DNA of 64,000 nucleotides from Opitutales bacterium (GTDB taxonomy: Bacteria > Verrucomicrobiota > Verrucomicrobiia > Opitutales > JAFGAQ01): contig JAPXRV010000005.1 of the NCBI GenBank assembly GCA_033813415.1, positions 6,164 to 70,163 of the forward strand. The letters run 5' to 3'. Below, in pieces: positions 35,759-45,730 of this stretch. The notes beneath the pieces are model-generated. The model saw only the letters and a list, made by a program, of their open reading frames with translations. It did no database searches and was not told where the DNA came from. Each line of letters opens with the position of its first letter. Positions within the stretch are counted from its first letter, which is position 1. Both the position numbers and the translations under genes were made by a program.

Positions 35759-35947
35759 CGTCGCCGGAGGCGAGTTGGATCTGTATACCGAAAGCAAGTG
35801 GGATTTGATGCAAACCGAACCGGTGATGAGTGCCCACGGGGCCTTCACATCCGTGCGCGGCAATGTGCTCCGGATTCGATCCGGCGAAGGGCGACTTGGC
35901 CTGTTGCTTCAGAACACTTCCGAAGCAGATTCAGGCATGACAAGCTT

Positions 35948-36214
35948 TTATTCCTCGCTTTGTTTGCGGGCTTGTTTCCGGCGCATCGTGTAGTGGGTGA
36001 AAATGACCAGAGCAGCCATGGAGGAGGCAAGAACGGTTGCGGGTTCTGGCAACACCAGTCGCGAATGCATCGGGGAGAGTTCAACCGGACTCAGGACATC
36101 GACGTTTCCGGCAGCATGGAGCTCAGGCATGCCGATCGCAACCAAGGTCAGAACAATTGCGATCGCAATTGAGGAGGACAGGATGCGGGAGAAGGTCGTG
36201 TGGAGCGTTGTCAT
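35948..36214 (-). CDS. very small PEP-CTERM sorting-domain protein
   Basis: 88 aa. A signal peptide and a ~30-aa mature region are followed by LPEPATVLASSMAALVIFTHYTMRRKQ (PEP motif, TM helix, basic cluster). Confidence 0.6.
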   Translation of the reverse strand: MTTLHTTFSRILSSSIAIAIVLTLVAIGMPELHAAGNVDVLSPVELSPMHSRLVLPEPATVLASSMAALVIFTHYTMRRKQARKQSEE

Positions 36215-36286
36215 GGTTGGAAAGGGTTCGTTGATGGCATGATCAACGGACAGGATTCCGTGTTCTGAACAGAAGCAGGGTGATTT

Positions 36287-37096
36287 TTACGAATTTTCGG
36301 AAACTGGAGCTCTCCGCTTTTCGTAAAATGCCAGCATTCCAGGGATCGATCGAAGGGCGAGTGCGGCCAACAGGAAAGCGCCAAGCCAGAGTGTCCCTGC
36401 CTCGGGGACAGCAGAATGGAAGGAAATGTTGGAGATCCCGATAACCTGGGCCGCAGGGTTTGACTGAGCACGGCTTCCGCTCGAGTATCGGAACGAGACC
36501 GTATCCACAGGCTGTTCCCAGTTGAGAGTGAACGATCCGTCCGGACTCCAGTTGAGGTTGGTGTTCCCTCGGTAGAGCACATCTCCGGGTCGTGAGGTGG
36601 TGTCGATGAGGATATTGGACCCAACATCGGTCGCAGTGGGCGTGACCAGGGATGAACCGTTCCATCCGTTGGCGCGTTCAATGACGTCTTCCCAATAGTA
36701 ACGAGTGGGGCGCGATCCCGATATGTCGCCACGGTCCATGTCCTCGAAGGAAAACGAGACGTTGGTTACAGTCCGGGTAAAACGGATGGTCACATCAATG
36801 TAGCTTGACGCTCCGTTGTTGGAATACCAATCGGGGAAGAGGTTGAGGTTCTGGTTGTTGTCTTGGATTGGAGTGTTGTAGAACCCGCCCGCCAGAGTCG
36901 TGCTGATGGAAATATCAATGCCAGATCCTTGTACATCCGAGAAGGTTTGCGAGGGACTTCCAGTGTTCCAGGTCACCTGGCTCCAGTCTAGTACAAAGGC
37001 GTGGACGTGGGATGTTCCGAGTCCTGATAGTAGAAGTGTCATCAGGGCAAGGCGTCTCCATCGCGGCGCTATTGTGCATGGTAAATTCAGAAGCAT
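36287..37096 (-). CDS. secreted protein with PEP-CTERM-like C-terminal anchor
   Basis: It has a signal peptide and a beta-rich body. The C-terminus is AVPEAGTLWLGAFLLAALALRS plus a basic tail. Confidence 0.6.
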   Translation of the reverse strand: MLLNLPCTIAPRWRRLALMTLLLSGLGTSHVHAFVLDWSQVTWNTGSPSQTFSDVQGSGIDISISTTLAGGFYNTPIQDNNQNLNLFPDWYSNNGASSYIDVTIRFTRTVTNVSFSFEDMDRGDISGSRPTRYYWEDVIERANGWNGSSLVTPTATDVGSNILIDTTSRPGDVLYRGNTNLNWSPDGSFTLNWEQPVDTVSFRYSSGSRAQSNPAAQVIGISNISFHSAVPEAGTLWLGAFLLAALALRSIPGMLAFYEKRRAPVSENS

Positions 37097-37302
37097 GCCT
37101 AGTGAAACGGCGGAATATGGTGTTTCTGGATGAACCCCAACGAGAGAATTTTACAAATTATTGTGGTGAGTGGAAAATTGTATGTCTTGTTTTTGAAATC
37201 CGTTTGTTCCCGTTTCGAGTGTTCAGGCAATCGAATGTGCGATCTTGAATTACCCTTGCGTTGCGCGTTTACAAGGCGCGTAACAAATGCTACGGTAATG
37301 AC

Positions 37303-38904
37303 ATGACTAGAGGCGCGAGGGTAGGATGGTTTATCGTCGGGGCATTGGTTATCGCCTCTGCTGTTGGTCTTGGACTCAAGCCGGCGTATAGGGGGTTGAA
37401 ATCCTGGCGGTCTGCCCATATTGCGAATGGTGCGGTAGCGGACTATTTGAGCGATCCTACAAACCCGGACGGAGTAACGAGTGCGGCGTTGCGTGCCAGG
37501 TCGGCATTGGAGTTGGATCCCCATGGTTTTCCGGCGAATCGGGCTCTCGGGATTTTGTTGACCGGGGTTCGTCCGGCTGAGGCTTTGTATTTTTGGGATC
37601 GGGCAGTCGCGGTGCGGCCGGATTTGTCGTCGGGAGATTCCCTGGCGTACACTCAATGCCTTTTTGTCAACCGTGAATGGGATCGGGCGGAGGCTCTTCT
37701 GTCGGGGCTTGGATCGGAAATGAAGGATGATCCGGCGTGGGATTACAACATGAGCAAGCTCCGTTATCTGCAGGGACGGCAGTCGGAGGCTTTGGAATAC
37801 TCGAGGCAAATGATGCAAAAGGGCGGAGTGTTGGAGCGTTCCCAGCGTTTGCATGGGATCGGGTTGGCCTATGAGATTGGAAACGAGTCCGACAAGAGGG
37901 TGGCTCTGGAGGCGGCGGAGGCTCTTGTGAGTGCGGGCGATGGGCTTTGGGAATTGTTGTCGATGGAGAATCTTCCGGATGCACTGAGAGCCAGTGTGAG
38001 TGCCAAGCTGCGCGGAGGTCCACGTTCGTTTGAAGAGACGCTGACTTTGGCCGATTACGAAATCAGTTTTGGTGTGGGTGATGCATTGGACTATTTTGAT
38101 GGTTTATCCCAGCATGTTGATCTTCAGGATGAGGTTCGGCGGCATATGTTGGTGAGGTGGTGCCTTGGCCATGACATTCCAGAGCAGGCGTTGGAGATCC
38201 TTCCGGAGTCACGTGCGCTGGAGCGTCGGGACGCATTTCTGCTGCACATTCAGGTGCTGACCCGACTGGAGCGTTGGGATCGGATTCGGGATCTTCTCGG
38301 CCGGAAGGATCTGCCGCTCGAATTATTCTGGCAGTATCTTCTTCAGGCGGAGTTGGAGCTCGGGACGGGAGATAGAATCGGAGGCGATGACCGGACCACG
38401 AACCGGATGATGGGGGATCTTGTTCTTTCGGGAGAATCGGTCGATGCCGTGCGATCGTATTTACTGGACCGTTTGGCTCGGGACGGAAACTTCGATCGTT
38501 TTCTCGAGTCCCTGCGGACCCTTAAGGTGCGTTTTGGTGAACAGGCTGAATGGGTGAATGATTGGGCATATTTCTCCATCGTCATGGGAAGGGATGGCGA
38601 AGAGGCTTTGGCGGAGGTGAACCGCATTATTGAGAAAGAACCTTCAAAGCTGGCTTACCACATGACATGGGCGATGGCTATGGTGCTCCGGGGAGAGCCT
38701 CGTGAGGTTCTCGAACGTCTGCGTCACTTCAAGGTCGATTGGGAATCCCTTGCGCCCCGGTGGAGGATGATTCTGGCGTTGGCGTTGGCGTCGGTCGGAG
38801 AGAAGGAACAGGCGGAGCACTACATGCAGGGAATTGATCCTGCAGGTTTGAGTCCATATGAGGCTGATCTTGTCAGGCGTTTGATGGGTGAACCCGCCTC
38901 CTGA
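37303..38904 (+). CDS. membrane-anchored helical-repeat (TPR-like) protein
   Basis: An N-terminal TM helix (WFIVGALVIASAVGL) is followed by an all-helical repeat-like sequence. The ORF is open from TTG 37261. Confidence 0.5.
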   Translation: MTRGARVGWFIVGALVIASAVGLGLKPAYRGLKSWRSAHIANGAVADYLSDPTNPDGVTSAALRARSALELDPHGFPANRALGILLTGVRPAEALYFWDRAVAVRPDLSSGDSLAYTQCLFVNREWDRAEALLSGLGSEMKDDPAWDYNMSKLRYLQGRQSEALEYSRQMMQKGGVLERSQRLHGIGLAYEIGNESDKRVALEAAEALVSAGDGLWELLSMENLPDALRASVSAKLRGGPRSFEETLTLADYEISFGVGDALDYFDGLSQHVDLQDEVRRHMLVRWCLGHDIPEQALEILPESRALERRDAFLLHIQVLTRLERWDRIRDLLGRKDLPLELFWQYLLQAELELGTGDRIGGDDRTTNRMMGDLVLSGESVDAVRSYLLDRLARDGNFDRFLESLRTLKVRFGEQAEWVNDWAYFSIVMGRDGEEALAEVNRIIEKEPSKLAYHMTWAMAMVLRGEPREVLERLRHFKVDWESLAPRWRMILALALASVGEKEQAEHYMQGIDPAGLSPYEADLVRRLMGEPAS

Positions 38905-38967
38905 AAAGGTGTTTTGATTCAGGAGGTCGATGGAGGCGGTTTGCCATTTGAGATGAAGACTCCCGGA

Positions 38968-40740
38968 TCAGTTCTCCGATGAAGGAATCGCCGGCTTGTG
39001 GGAAGCTTCGGCAAGCAACTCTCTGGAGCGCTTCAGAGCATCGTCAAAACTTGCGCATAGGTTAGGCCGTCCAATCAGGTCGATAAAACCCGACTTTCTG
39101 AGAAGGTCGAGCGGTTGGCGGTGAATCCCGGAGATGATGACGGTGCTGCCGATGCTCCTGGAGCGTTCGATCACGCTTTGGAGGGCGTGCAACGATGTCG
39201 CATCCATGGCGGTAACGAGGTGGAGCCTGAGAATGAGGATTTTTGGAAACTCTCCTACGCGCAGGAGGGCGTCCTGCATCTTTTCCGCGGCTCCAAAGAG
39301 GAAGGGTCCGAAAATCCGGTAGGCGATCACGCCATCGGGGATTTCCTTGCCCTGAGCAAGTTGAGCCTGGGTCTCGAGAACGTCCTCGCTGGTGACTCGC
39401 GAGACCTCGGTGGAATCTGACACGCGCCTAATGAAGAGAATTGCGGCAAGCACCATCCCGACTTCAACTGCGATCACGAGGTCGAAGATGACAGTCAGAC
39501 CGAAGGTCGTCAGGAGCACGACGGCGTCACTCTTGGTCATTTTTCCGAGGCGTGTCATTTCATGCCATTCACCCATGCGGAAAGCCACCATGATAAGGAC
39601 GGCAGCCATCGCGGCCATGGGCACGTAGATTGCATATCGGGCAAATACGAGCACGATGGCGAGCAGCGTGATCGCGTGGATGATGCCTGCTACAGGGCTT
39701 TTGCCGCCATTGTTGATGTTTGCCGAGGTTCGGGCGATCGCACCGGTGGCGGGTAACCCACCGAAGAAGGGGCAGACCACATTTGCGATACCCTGTGCAA
39801 TCAGCTCGGTGTTGCTGTCGTGACGATCTCCCGAGAGCCCATCCGCGACTACGGCTGAAAGGAGAGACTCGATGGCCCCGAGAACGGCGATGGCGGTAGC
39901 GGGTCCGAGCAGATCACGAATCAGTGCGAGGTTGATGTCCGGCATCGAGAAGGGTGGAAGACTCGCGGGAATCGCCTGGGATCCGAACTGGGATCCAACC
40001 GTCGCAATGGCTCCATCGTCTCCTGTCTTGATCAAAAGGACAACGACTGTTGCTCCAAGCATGGCCACGATTGATCCGGGAATGCGTTTCAGGCCAAGCC
40101 GTGGCCAGAAATAGATGATCGCCATGCATACCAGGCCGAGTATGGCTGTGGGCAGGTGCGTCAAACCGATGTTTTCGCCGATCCAGAGCACTTTTTCGAT
40201 GAACTCACGCGGAGCCGCGGATTCGGCTTTGATTCCAAGGATGTCAGCTGCCTGGGTCGCCATGATCGAGACCGCGATGCCGGTGGTGAAGCCACTTGTG
40301 ACGGGCCAGGGGATATACTTGATGAGGGTCCCCATCCGGGTGAGCCCCATCAGGATGAGGATGATCCCCGCCATGATGGTGGCAATCATCAGACCGCTGT
40401 ATCCGTGCTTTTCGACAATCAGTAGCACGATCGGGATGAAGGCGGCCGTGGGTCCGCCAATCTGGACGCGGCTTCCCCCGAGCGCAGCAATCAGGAAGCC
40501 CGCGAATATCGCGGTGAAGATCCCGAGTGCTGGAGCAGGAAACGGAGTGGCCGTGCCTGCAGGGATGCTGGCGATTCCGAGCGCGAGGGCGAGCGGCAGG
40601 GCGATTAGCCCGACCGTTACCCCGGCCATCAGGTCCGAAGATAGATCGGATCGGGTGTATTTTCGGGAAAAGACTTCCAATAGCCGAGGCCTAAAGGAAG
40701 GGAATGGAAAATTCCTGTTTGGCATATGCTCATTCAACAA
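38968..40740 (-). CDS. SulP family inorganic anion transporter with C-terminal STAS domain
   Basis: 590 aa with a typical SulP N-terminus (DLSSDLMAGVTVGLIALPLALALGIAS) and a STAS domain (ILRLHLVTAMDATSLHAL). Confidence 0.9.
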   Translation of the reverse strand: MLNEHMPNRNFPFPSFRPRLLEVFSRKYTRSDLSSDLMAGVTVGLIALPLALALGIASIPAGTATPFPAPALGIFTAIFAGFLIAALGGSRVQIGGPTAAFIPIVLLIVEKHGYSGLMIATIMAGIILILMGLTRMGTLIKYIPWPVTSGFTTGIAVSIMATQAADILGIKAESAAPREFIEKVLWIGENIGLTHLPTAILGLVCMAIIYFWPRLGLKRIPGSIVAMLGATVVVLLIKTGDDGAIATVGSQFGSQAIPASLPPFSMPDINLALIRDLLGPATAIAVLGAIESLLSAVVADGLSGDRHDSNTELIAQGIANVVCPFFGGLPATGAIARTSANINNGGKSPVAGIIHAITLLAIVLVFARYAIYVPMAAMAAVLIMVAFRMGEWHEMTRLGKMTKSDAVVLLTTFGLTVIFDLVIAVEVGMVLAAILFIRRVSDSTEVSRVTSEDVLETQAQLAQGKEIPDGVIAYRIFGPFLFGAAEKMQDALLRVGEFPKILILRLHLVTAMDATSLHALQSVIERSRSIGSTVIISGIHRQPLDLLRKSGFIDLIGRPNLCASFDDALKRSRELLAEASHKPAIPSSEN

Positions 40741-40927
40741 AAACCATCGATGACGTCACTGGGGGGAAGTCGAGTCAAGGGGTTTTAGGGAATATGCCTA
40801 TCGTATACTTCTTTCTGAGAGTAGCTTATTAAAATTGCTAATGTGGAGCGGGTCCGTTTAGAGCGTCTCCGGACTGTATTGGGTGAGCGTGGAGTCAGCC
40901 CTTTTGGGAAATCAGCGTTGAGACCGT

Positions 40928-41323
40928 TCAGAGGATGAGATTCAGGTTTCGAAGGGCTTCATGAAGTTGGGCCTGGTCGATGGGTTTTGTGATGTATGCG
41001 TCGCAAAGGTTTTTGTAGGCTTCTGTCATGGATCGCGTATCGGAGAGTGAGGTTGTCATCATGATGCTCGAACCCCCTCCCAGTGCAATTGAGTGGCGTT
41101 CCTCGATCTCGCGAATGCGTTTCAATGCTTCAAGACCATCCATGTCGGGCATCATAATATCGAGGCATATGAGCGTATATGGCTCTCCCGATTCAACAGC
41201 TCTGGAGGCTGCTGCTACCGCTTCGACTCCATTTGATGCTACATCAACCGGTCCAATCTGTTTGAGGATCTCCTGAAGCAAGAGTGAACTGGTAAAATCG
41301 TCTTCAACAATGAGGGATTTCAT
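40928..41323 (-). CDS. single-domain response regulator (CheY-like receiver)
   Basis: 131 aa (MKSLIVEDD...LICLDIMMPDMDG...ITKP). Confidence 0.85.
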   Translation of the reverse strand: MKSLIVEDDFTSSLLLQEILKQIGPVDVASNGVEAVAAASRAVESGEPYTLICLDIMMPDMDGLEALKRIREIEERHSIALGGGSSIMMTTSLSDTRSMTEAYKNLCDAYITKPIDQAQLHEALRNLNLIL

Positions 41324-41341
41324 GGCGAGTCTTCCTTTGGC

Positions 41342-42229
41342 TTATGGATCATTTCTGGAGGATTCCAAGGCTTGCAGCGTCTGGTCAAAGATCCACTCAA
41401 GTCTAAAGAATGCGGTGCGGGCCGCCGTCTGGTTTCCATCGCGGGATGCGGTTTCGAGATCGGATGCGGCTTCTGAGAGCCGGTTGGCTCCGACGCAAGC
41501 GGCCGCACCTTTGATGCGATGGGCGTGCATCAGGATGTTCTCGTGGTCGTTATGTCCGAAACTTTCTCTCAGTTTCGCCATTTGCCGTGGAACATCGAAA
41601 ATGAACCCGTCACGAAGGGTGAGCGCCAGTTCCCGGTTTCCCATTATGCGGTCAAGAAGGTCGTCCAGATCCCAGAAGGGTGCCTCGCCTGGGGAAGCGG
41701 ATGTTTGCTGCGAGGAGGCGGAATCTCTGGCGGGAGAAGCGGCTCGATGATCATCCGTGAGCGATCGGATGGTTTCCGCCAACAGATCCGGTTGAAGGGG
41801 TTTGCCGAGGCATTCATTCATTCCAGCCTCAAGGCAGGCCCGTTTATCCTTGTCACCTGTGTTTGCCGATATGCCGATGACCGGGATGGCTGCCGATGTG
41901 GCCCAGCCTTTCGATAGTCGTAGACTCCATGTGGCTTCGATTCCGCTTAGCGAGGGCATGTGGACATCCATCAGACACAAATCGAAAGGCTGTTCCTTGA
42001 GCAGCGCGAGTGCTGATGCCCCGTTCTCAGCGCTTTTGGTCTGAATTCCCATCCGGTCGAGAATCGAGACCATAGCAAGTCGGTTCATGGGATAGTCATC
42101 CACTACCAGTGCGCGCAGGCCGGATCCAGCGAAAACTCCGACATGATTCCGGGGAGAGGGCTTGGTTGTGCCGCTCTGTCCGAACTGTTGCAGGGATCTG
42201 GTTGTCTCTACGGAGATAGGAGTAGCCAT
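41342..42229 (-). CDS. receiver domain - Hpt phosphotransfer fusion protein
   Basis: The receiver is ALVVDDYPMNR...LMDVHMPSLSG...LGKP. The C-terminal Hpt domain contains HAHRIKGAAACVGA. Confidence 0.8.
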   Translation of the reverse strand: MATPISVETTRSLQQFGQSGTTKPSPRNHVGVFAGSGLRALVVDDYPMNRLAMVSILDRMGIQTKSAENGASALALLKEQPFDLCLMDVHMPSLSGIEATWSLRLSKGWATSAAIPVIGISANTGDKDKRACLEAGMNECLGKPLQPDLLAETIRSLTDDHRAASPARDSASSQQTSASPGEAPFWDLDDLLDRIMGNRELALTLRDGFIFDVPRQMAKLRESFGHNDHENILMHAHRIKGAAACVGANRLSEAASDLETASRDGNQTAARTAFFRLEWIFDQTLQALESSRNDP

Positions 42230-42506
42230 CGTTTGGTGTTGGCTGGTGATCGATCGAGGTTTTTGTGTGCGGAATACTTGAGACTGCGCCTGAACGAGAA
42301 ACCCTCATGCCCCGACGCACGATCTCTTCATATTCCATAATCGGATCACCCGCAGCTTTCTTAACATACATTCCAGGGTTCTTTTGGTCGAATATCAGGA
42401 AACCATTACCGCATGCGTTTGTATCCGGTCCAAATCAGGTGGATAACGGACGAAGTAGTGAAGCCGAAGCTTGAATCCGGAGCGTTCTCCCCTAGACCTG
42501 TGAGTT

Positions 42507-43199
42507 ATGCTCGATCGTGTTCTTAATGCTGAGGCCGTGTTCTTCGATTTGTTTCATACACTGTATTCGCATCGGAGCAGCGGTGCCCGCGGATTCGGGA
42601 CAAGCGGGATCCTGGGAGTCCCCCAGGATGAGTGGAATCGATTGCTGTTTGAAGGGTCGGACGCGCGGGCAAGAGGGATTGTTACCGATAAGTATGAGAT
42701 TATCCGCCAGATTGCCCATCAGATAGATCCTTCTATCCCTGAATCAAAAATCCGGGAAGCCGCGGACTATCGTGAGTCACGGTTTTACGAAGGCTTGGCT
42801 TCGTTGGATGCTCCCAAGTCAGCGGTCATCCGCGAATTGAAGCTGCAGGGCAAGAAGATCGGGCTCATCAGCAACGCCGATGCGGTTGAAGTGAAGGGAT
42901 GGTTTGTCTCACCCATTTCCCGCCTGTTCGACAGTGTGGTGTTTTCGTATGCGGTGGGTTACGTGAAGCCCGAACCGGATATCTACAGGATTGCTTTGGA
43001 TGCATTGGGTGTGTCGGCCGAACGCTCGGTTTTTGTTGGAGACGGTGGTTCCAATGAACTGATTGGCGCCAGAAAACTGGGATTCACCACCATCCTCACA
43101 ACGGAAATTATACGTGACCTGTGGCCGGAGCGCATTCCTGAGCGTTTGCCATATGCGGACTTTGTTATCGATCGCTTCGAACAACTCATCGGCCTTTGA
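42507..43199 (+). CDS. HAD superfamily hydrolase (subfamily IA-like)
   Basis: Motif I is VFFDLFHTL, the Ser/Thr motif is LISNA, and the C-terminal motif is FVGDGGSNELIGA. Confidence 0.8.
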   Translation: MLDRVLNAEAVFFDLFHTLYSHRSSGARGFGTSGILGVPQDEWNRLLFEGSDARARGIVTDKYEIIRQIAHQIDPSIPESKIREAADYRESRFYEGLASLDAPKSAVIRELKLQGKKIGLISNADAVEVKGWFVSPISRLFDSVVFSYAVGYVKPEPDIYRIALDALGVSAERSVFVGDGGSNELIGARKLGFTTILTTEIIRDLWPERIPERLPYADFVIDRFEQLIGL

Positions 43200-43284
43200 G
43201 TCGATCTGCAGGGCCGCCGATCTCAGGAAAATAAAAAACCAGGCACTTTATTGTTTACGTACATGCATTCAGTATCGAAGCTGG

Positions 43285-43572
43285 CTATTGGGCTTTTCTG
43301 GATTTGACCATCGGAAAAAAAACGTCATTCGATGCAGTATTGTGACGGCATGAATCACAGAACGGGTTCGTGCACTCGAGACAGTTGGATGATCGTTCGG
43401 AGTGTCGGGTCAGGAGGAGAGGCAGTCGGGCCAGCATTTCCGCCGCCGGGATGAGCAATAGCCGATCCTTGTAGATTTCGCGTCCACATTGAAGGCACCG
43501 GCCATAGGTTCCGCGGTCGATCCGGAAGTCAACCTCCCTAATCGACCGGGTTTTGAAGCGGGTTCCGGAATA
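43285..43572 (-). pseudogene. TraR/DksA-type C4 zinc-finger gene remnant (no start codon, no N-terminal coiled coil)
   Basis: An open frame directly after pyrG reads ...VDFRIDRGTYGRCLQCGREIYKDRLLLIPAAEM.... This is the characteristic GTYG-C..CG..I...RL...P.A segment. There is no ATG/GTG/TTG upstream of it. The second Cys pair appears only in another frame (CWPDC). Confidence 0.4.
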
Positions 43573-43592
43573 TCACCGGAAAGCGGGATCCA

Positions 43593-45188
43593 TCAGCGTT
43601 TGCTGCGAAGGCACGCTGCGATGAACTCGCGGAAGAGCGGATGCGCGGCGTTTGGCTTGGATTGAAATTCCGGATGGAACTGAACCCCAACCATGAATGG
43701 ATGGTCTGCGATTTCGACGATCTCAACCAAACCGCTCTCGGGGTTTGTTCCGGCGACGCGCAGTCCTTTACCTTCGAGGGCGCTGCGATATTTATCATTG
43801 AATTCGTAACGATGGCGGTGGCGCTCGCTGACTTGAGGTTTACCGTAGGCATTCCGGGAAATGCTCCCATCCACCAGATCGCAGCGGTAGGCTCCGAGGC
43901 GCATGGATGCGCCCTTGCGGGTGACGTCCTTCTGGGATTCCATCAGGTAGATCACCGGATCGGGTGTCTGTTCGTCAAACTCCTGGCTGTTTGCTTTTGT
44001 GAGCCCGAGCACATGCCTCGCGAATTCAATGGTGAGGATGTGAAGACCGAGGCACAGCCCGAAGTAGGGAATGCGCTTTTCGCGGGCGAACCTGGCGGCC
44101 CGGATCTTGCCTTCGATCCCGCGGTTGCCGAATCCACCGGGTACCACGATGCCATCCAGATTTTCGAGGAGCTTCAGCCCGTCCTCTTTCTCGATGACTT
44201 CCGAATCCAGTCGGACAATGTCGACGGCACAGTCGTTTGCGATCCCTGCATGGGTGAGGGATTCGTAGACCGACTTGTAGGCATCCTGGAGCTCGATGTA
44301 TTTTCCGGCCACTCCCACCGTGACACGGTGGGCGGGATATTTGAGGCGGCGAACGATGTCGCGCCATTCATCCATCGACTGCTGTTGGCTGTTGATGCGC
44401 AGAAATTCGACGACCAGGGTGTCGAGGTTTTCCCGTTGGAGCATCAGGGGAAGCTCATAGATCGAGGACTCCACGTCCATTTCCTCGATCACCGCACGAA
44501 CTGGAACGTTGCAGAACAGGCTGAGCTTCTTGCGCAGGTTCATGTCCATTGGACGCTCGGTGCGGCACACCAGAATGTCGGGTTGGATCCCGATCTCACG
44601 GAGTTTGGCGACGCTCTGCTGACTGGGCTTGGACTTGAGTTCGCCGGCGGCCTTGATGTAGGGCAGGAGCGTGACATGGATGAAAAGCACGTTTTCCTTG
44701 CCGACTTCCAGCGCGAATTGTCGCATGGCTTCGAGGAAGGGAAGCCCTTCGATGTCGCCGATAGTTCCGCCAATTTCCGTGATGAGGATGTCGATGTCGT
44801 CGCCGGCATCGGTCAGACGGGCCTTGATCTCGTCGGTCACATGCGGGATAACCTGAACGGTCTTTCCGAGGTAATCTCCGCGCCTTTCCTTTTGGATGAC
44901 AGTTTCGTAGACCTGCCCGGAAGTCAGGTTGTTCCGTCGGGTGAGGCGGCAATTGGTAAAGCGCTCGTAGTGGCCGAGGTCGAGGTCGGTTTCGGCGCCA
45001 TCATCCAGCACATAGACTTCGCCGTGTTGGAATGGATTCATGGTGCCCGGATCCACGTTCAGGTAAGGATCAAACTTTTGGATCTTGATACGCTGGCCCC
45101 TCTGTTCGAGGAGAGCACCCAGAGCCGCAGCAGTCAGCCCTTTTCCCAAGGAGGAAACCACTCCACCGGTTACGAATATGTATTTCAT
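43593..45188 (-). CDS. pyrG: CTP synthase
   Basis: [17 protein letters not shown] is at the N-terminus. The GATase domain carries GLCLGLH and HRHRYEF. The ORF is open to 45233, but the conserved N-terminus begins at 45188. Confidence 0.95.
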   Translation of the reverse strand: MKYIFVTGGVVSSLGKGLTAAALGALLEQRGQRIKIQKFDPYLNVDPGTMNPFQHGEVYVLDDGAETDLDLGHYERFTNCRLTRRNNLTSGQVYETVIQKERRGDYLGKTVQVIPHVTDEIKARLTDAGDDIDILITEIGGTIGDIEGLPFLEAMRQFALEVGKENVLFIHVTLLPYIKAAGELKSKPSQQSVAKLREIGIQPDILVCRTERPMDMNLRKKLSLFCNVPVRAVIEEMDVESSIYELPLMLQRENLDTLVVEFLRINSQQQSMDEWRDIVRRLKYPAHRVTVGVAGKYIELQDAYKSVYESLTHAGIANDCAVDIVRLDSEVIEKEDGLKLLENLDGIVVPGGFGNRGIEGKIRAARFAREKRIPYFGLCLGLHILTIEFARHVLGLTKANSQEFDEQTPDPVIYLMESQKDVTRKGASMRLGAYRCDLVDGSISRNAYGKPQVSERHRHRYEFNDKYRSALEGKGLRVAGTNPESGLVEIVEIADHPFMVGVQFHPEFQSKPNAAHPLFREFIAACLRSKR

Positions 45189-45257
45189 CAGGTATAAAAT
45201 GTCTTTTGCAGGCTTCCGGTCTCCGATCCTCAAGGATGGACTCCCGAAGCGCGCAAT

Positions 45258-45443
45258 TTATGTAAGGAGAAAGCTCAACCCTAATAGGACTGCGCAGTAG
45301 ATCAAAGCAAAAAGGAGAAGAGTGAAGGCCAATTTGAAAAGCCTGACTACCACGAAGCGTATCAGAACCGTCAGTAATGCGCTCACGAGAGCCACGACCC
45401 ACCAGGGGTATGTGTCCATGAGCAAGCGGATCTGTTCGATCAT
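45258..45443 (-). CDS. possible small two-TM membrane protein
   Basis: 61 aa from ATG 45443 (MIEQIRLLMDTYPWWVVALVSALLTVLIRFVVVRLFKLAFTLLLFALIYCAVLL). Only the hydrophobic C-terminal part of the 187-aa track ORF looks protein-like. Confidence 0.35.
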   Translation of the reverse strand: MIEQIRLLMDTYPWWVVALVSALLTVLIRFVVVRLFKLAFTLLLFALIYCAVLLGLSFLLT

Positions 45444-45598
45444 CCGGGTCGTCAGATTGGGTTCGGGCGAATCCATGCGGGAAGGGATGCTGCCAGAGCT
45501 GGAGACCCGACACAAGACAAGAGCGCAAGCGTCGATAGAGGAAGTGGATAAAGCCGGAAATCCGTAGTTTTGCATCCTGCATGATCGGCATCCGTGGC

Positions 45599-45730
45599 CC
45601 GCGGGGGTGAGTCTGAGGTATTTCATAGTCAGTCCGTGCTTGCGAATACCTTGGCATGGGGTAGAGTCCGCAGTGCTGGCCCGCAAACGGTGTTCCAGCC
45701 TGCCCGCGGATGCTCCGTTGCGCCCCGCGG
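45599..45730 (+). promoter_or_regulatory. candidate structured 5' leader (riboswitch-like) of the ABC importer operon
   Basis: An 8-bp GC helix (ccgcgggg 45599-45606 with ccccgcgg 45723-45730) encloses ~115 nt. The enclosed sequence includes ggggtagagtccgcagtgctggcccgcaaacggtg, which is reminiscent of the cobalamin-riboswitch core. It ends 30 nt before the ATG at 45760. Confidence 0.25.

Noticed and set aside
37099-37854. A 251-aa minus-strand ORF.
   Set aside because: It overlaps the 5' part of the TPR-like gene in antisense. It is Arg/Pro/Gln-rich with no features.
43641-45197. A 518-aa ORF on the plus strand, almost exactly the length of pyrG.
   Set aside because: It is fully antisense to the unambiguous CTP synthase gene. 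Its D/E/G/V/L-rich composition is typical of shadow frames in GC-rich genes, and it has no recognisable motif. An overlapping antisense gene cannot be claimed without expression or conservation evidence.
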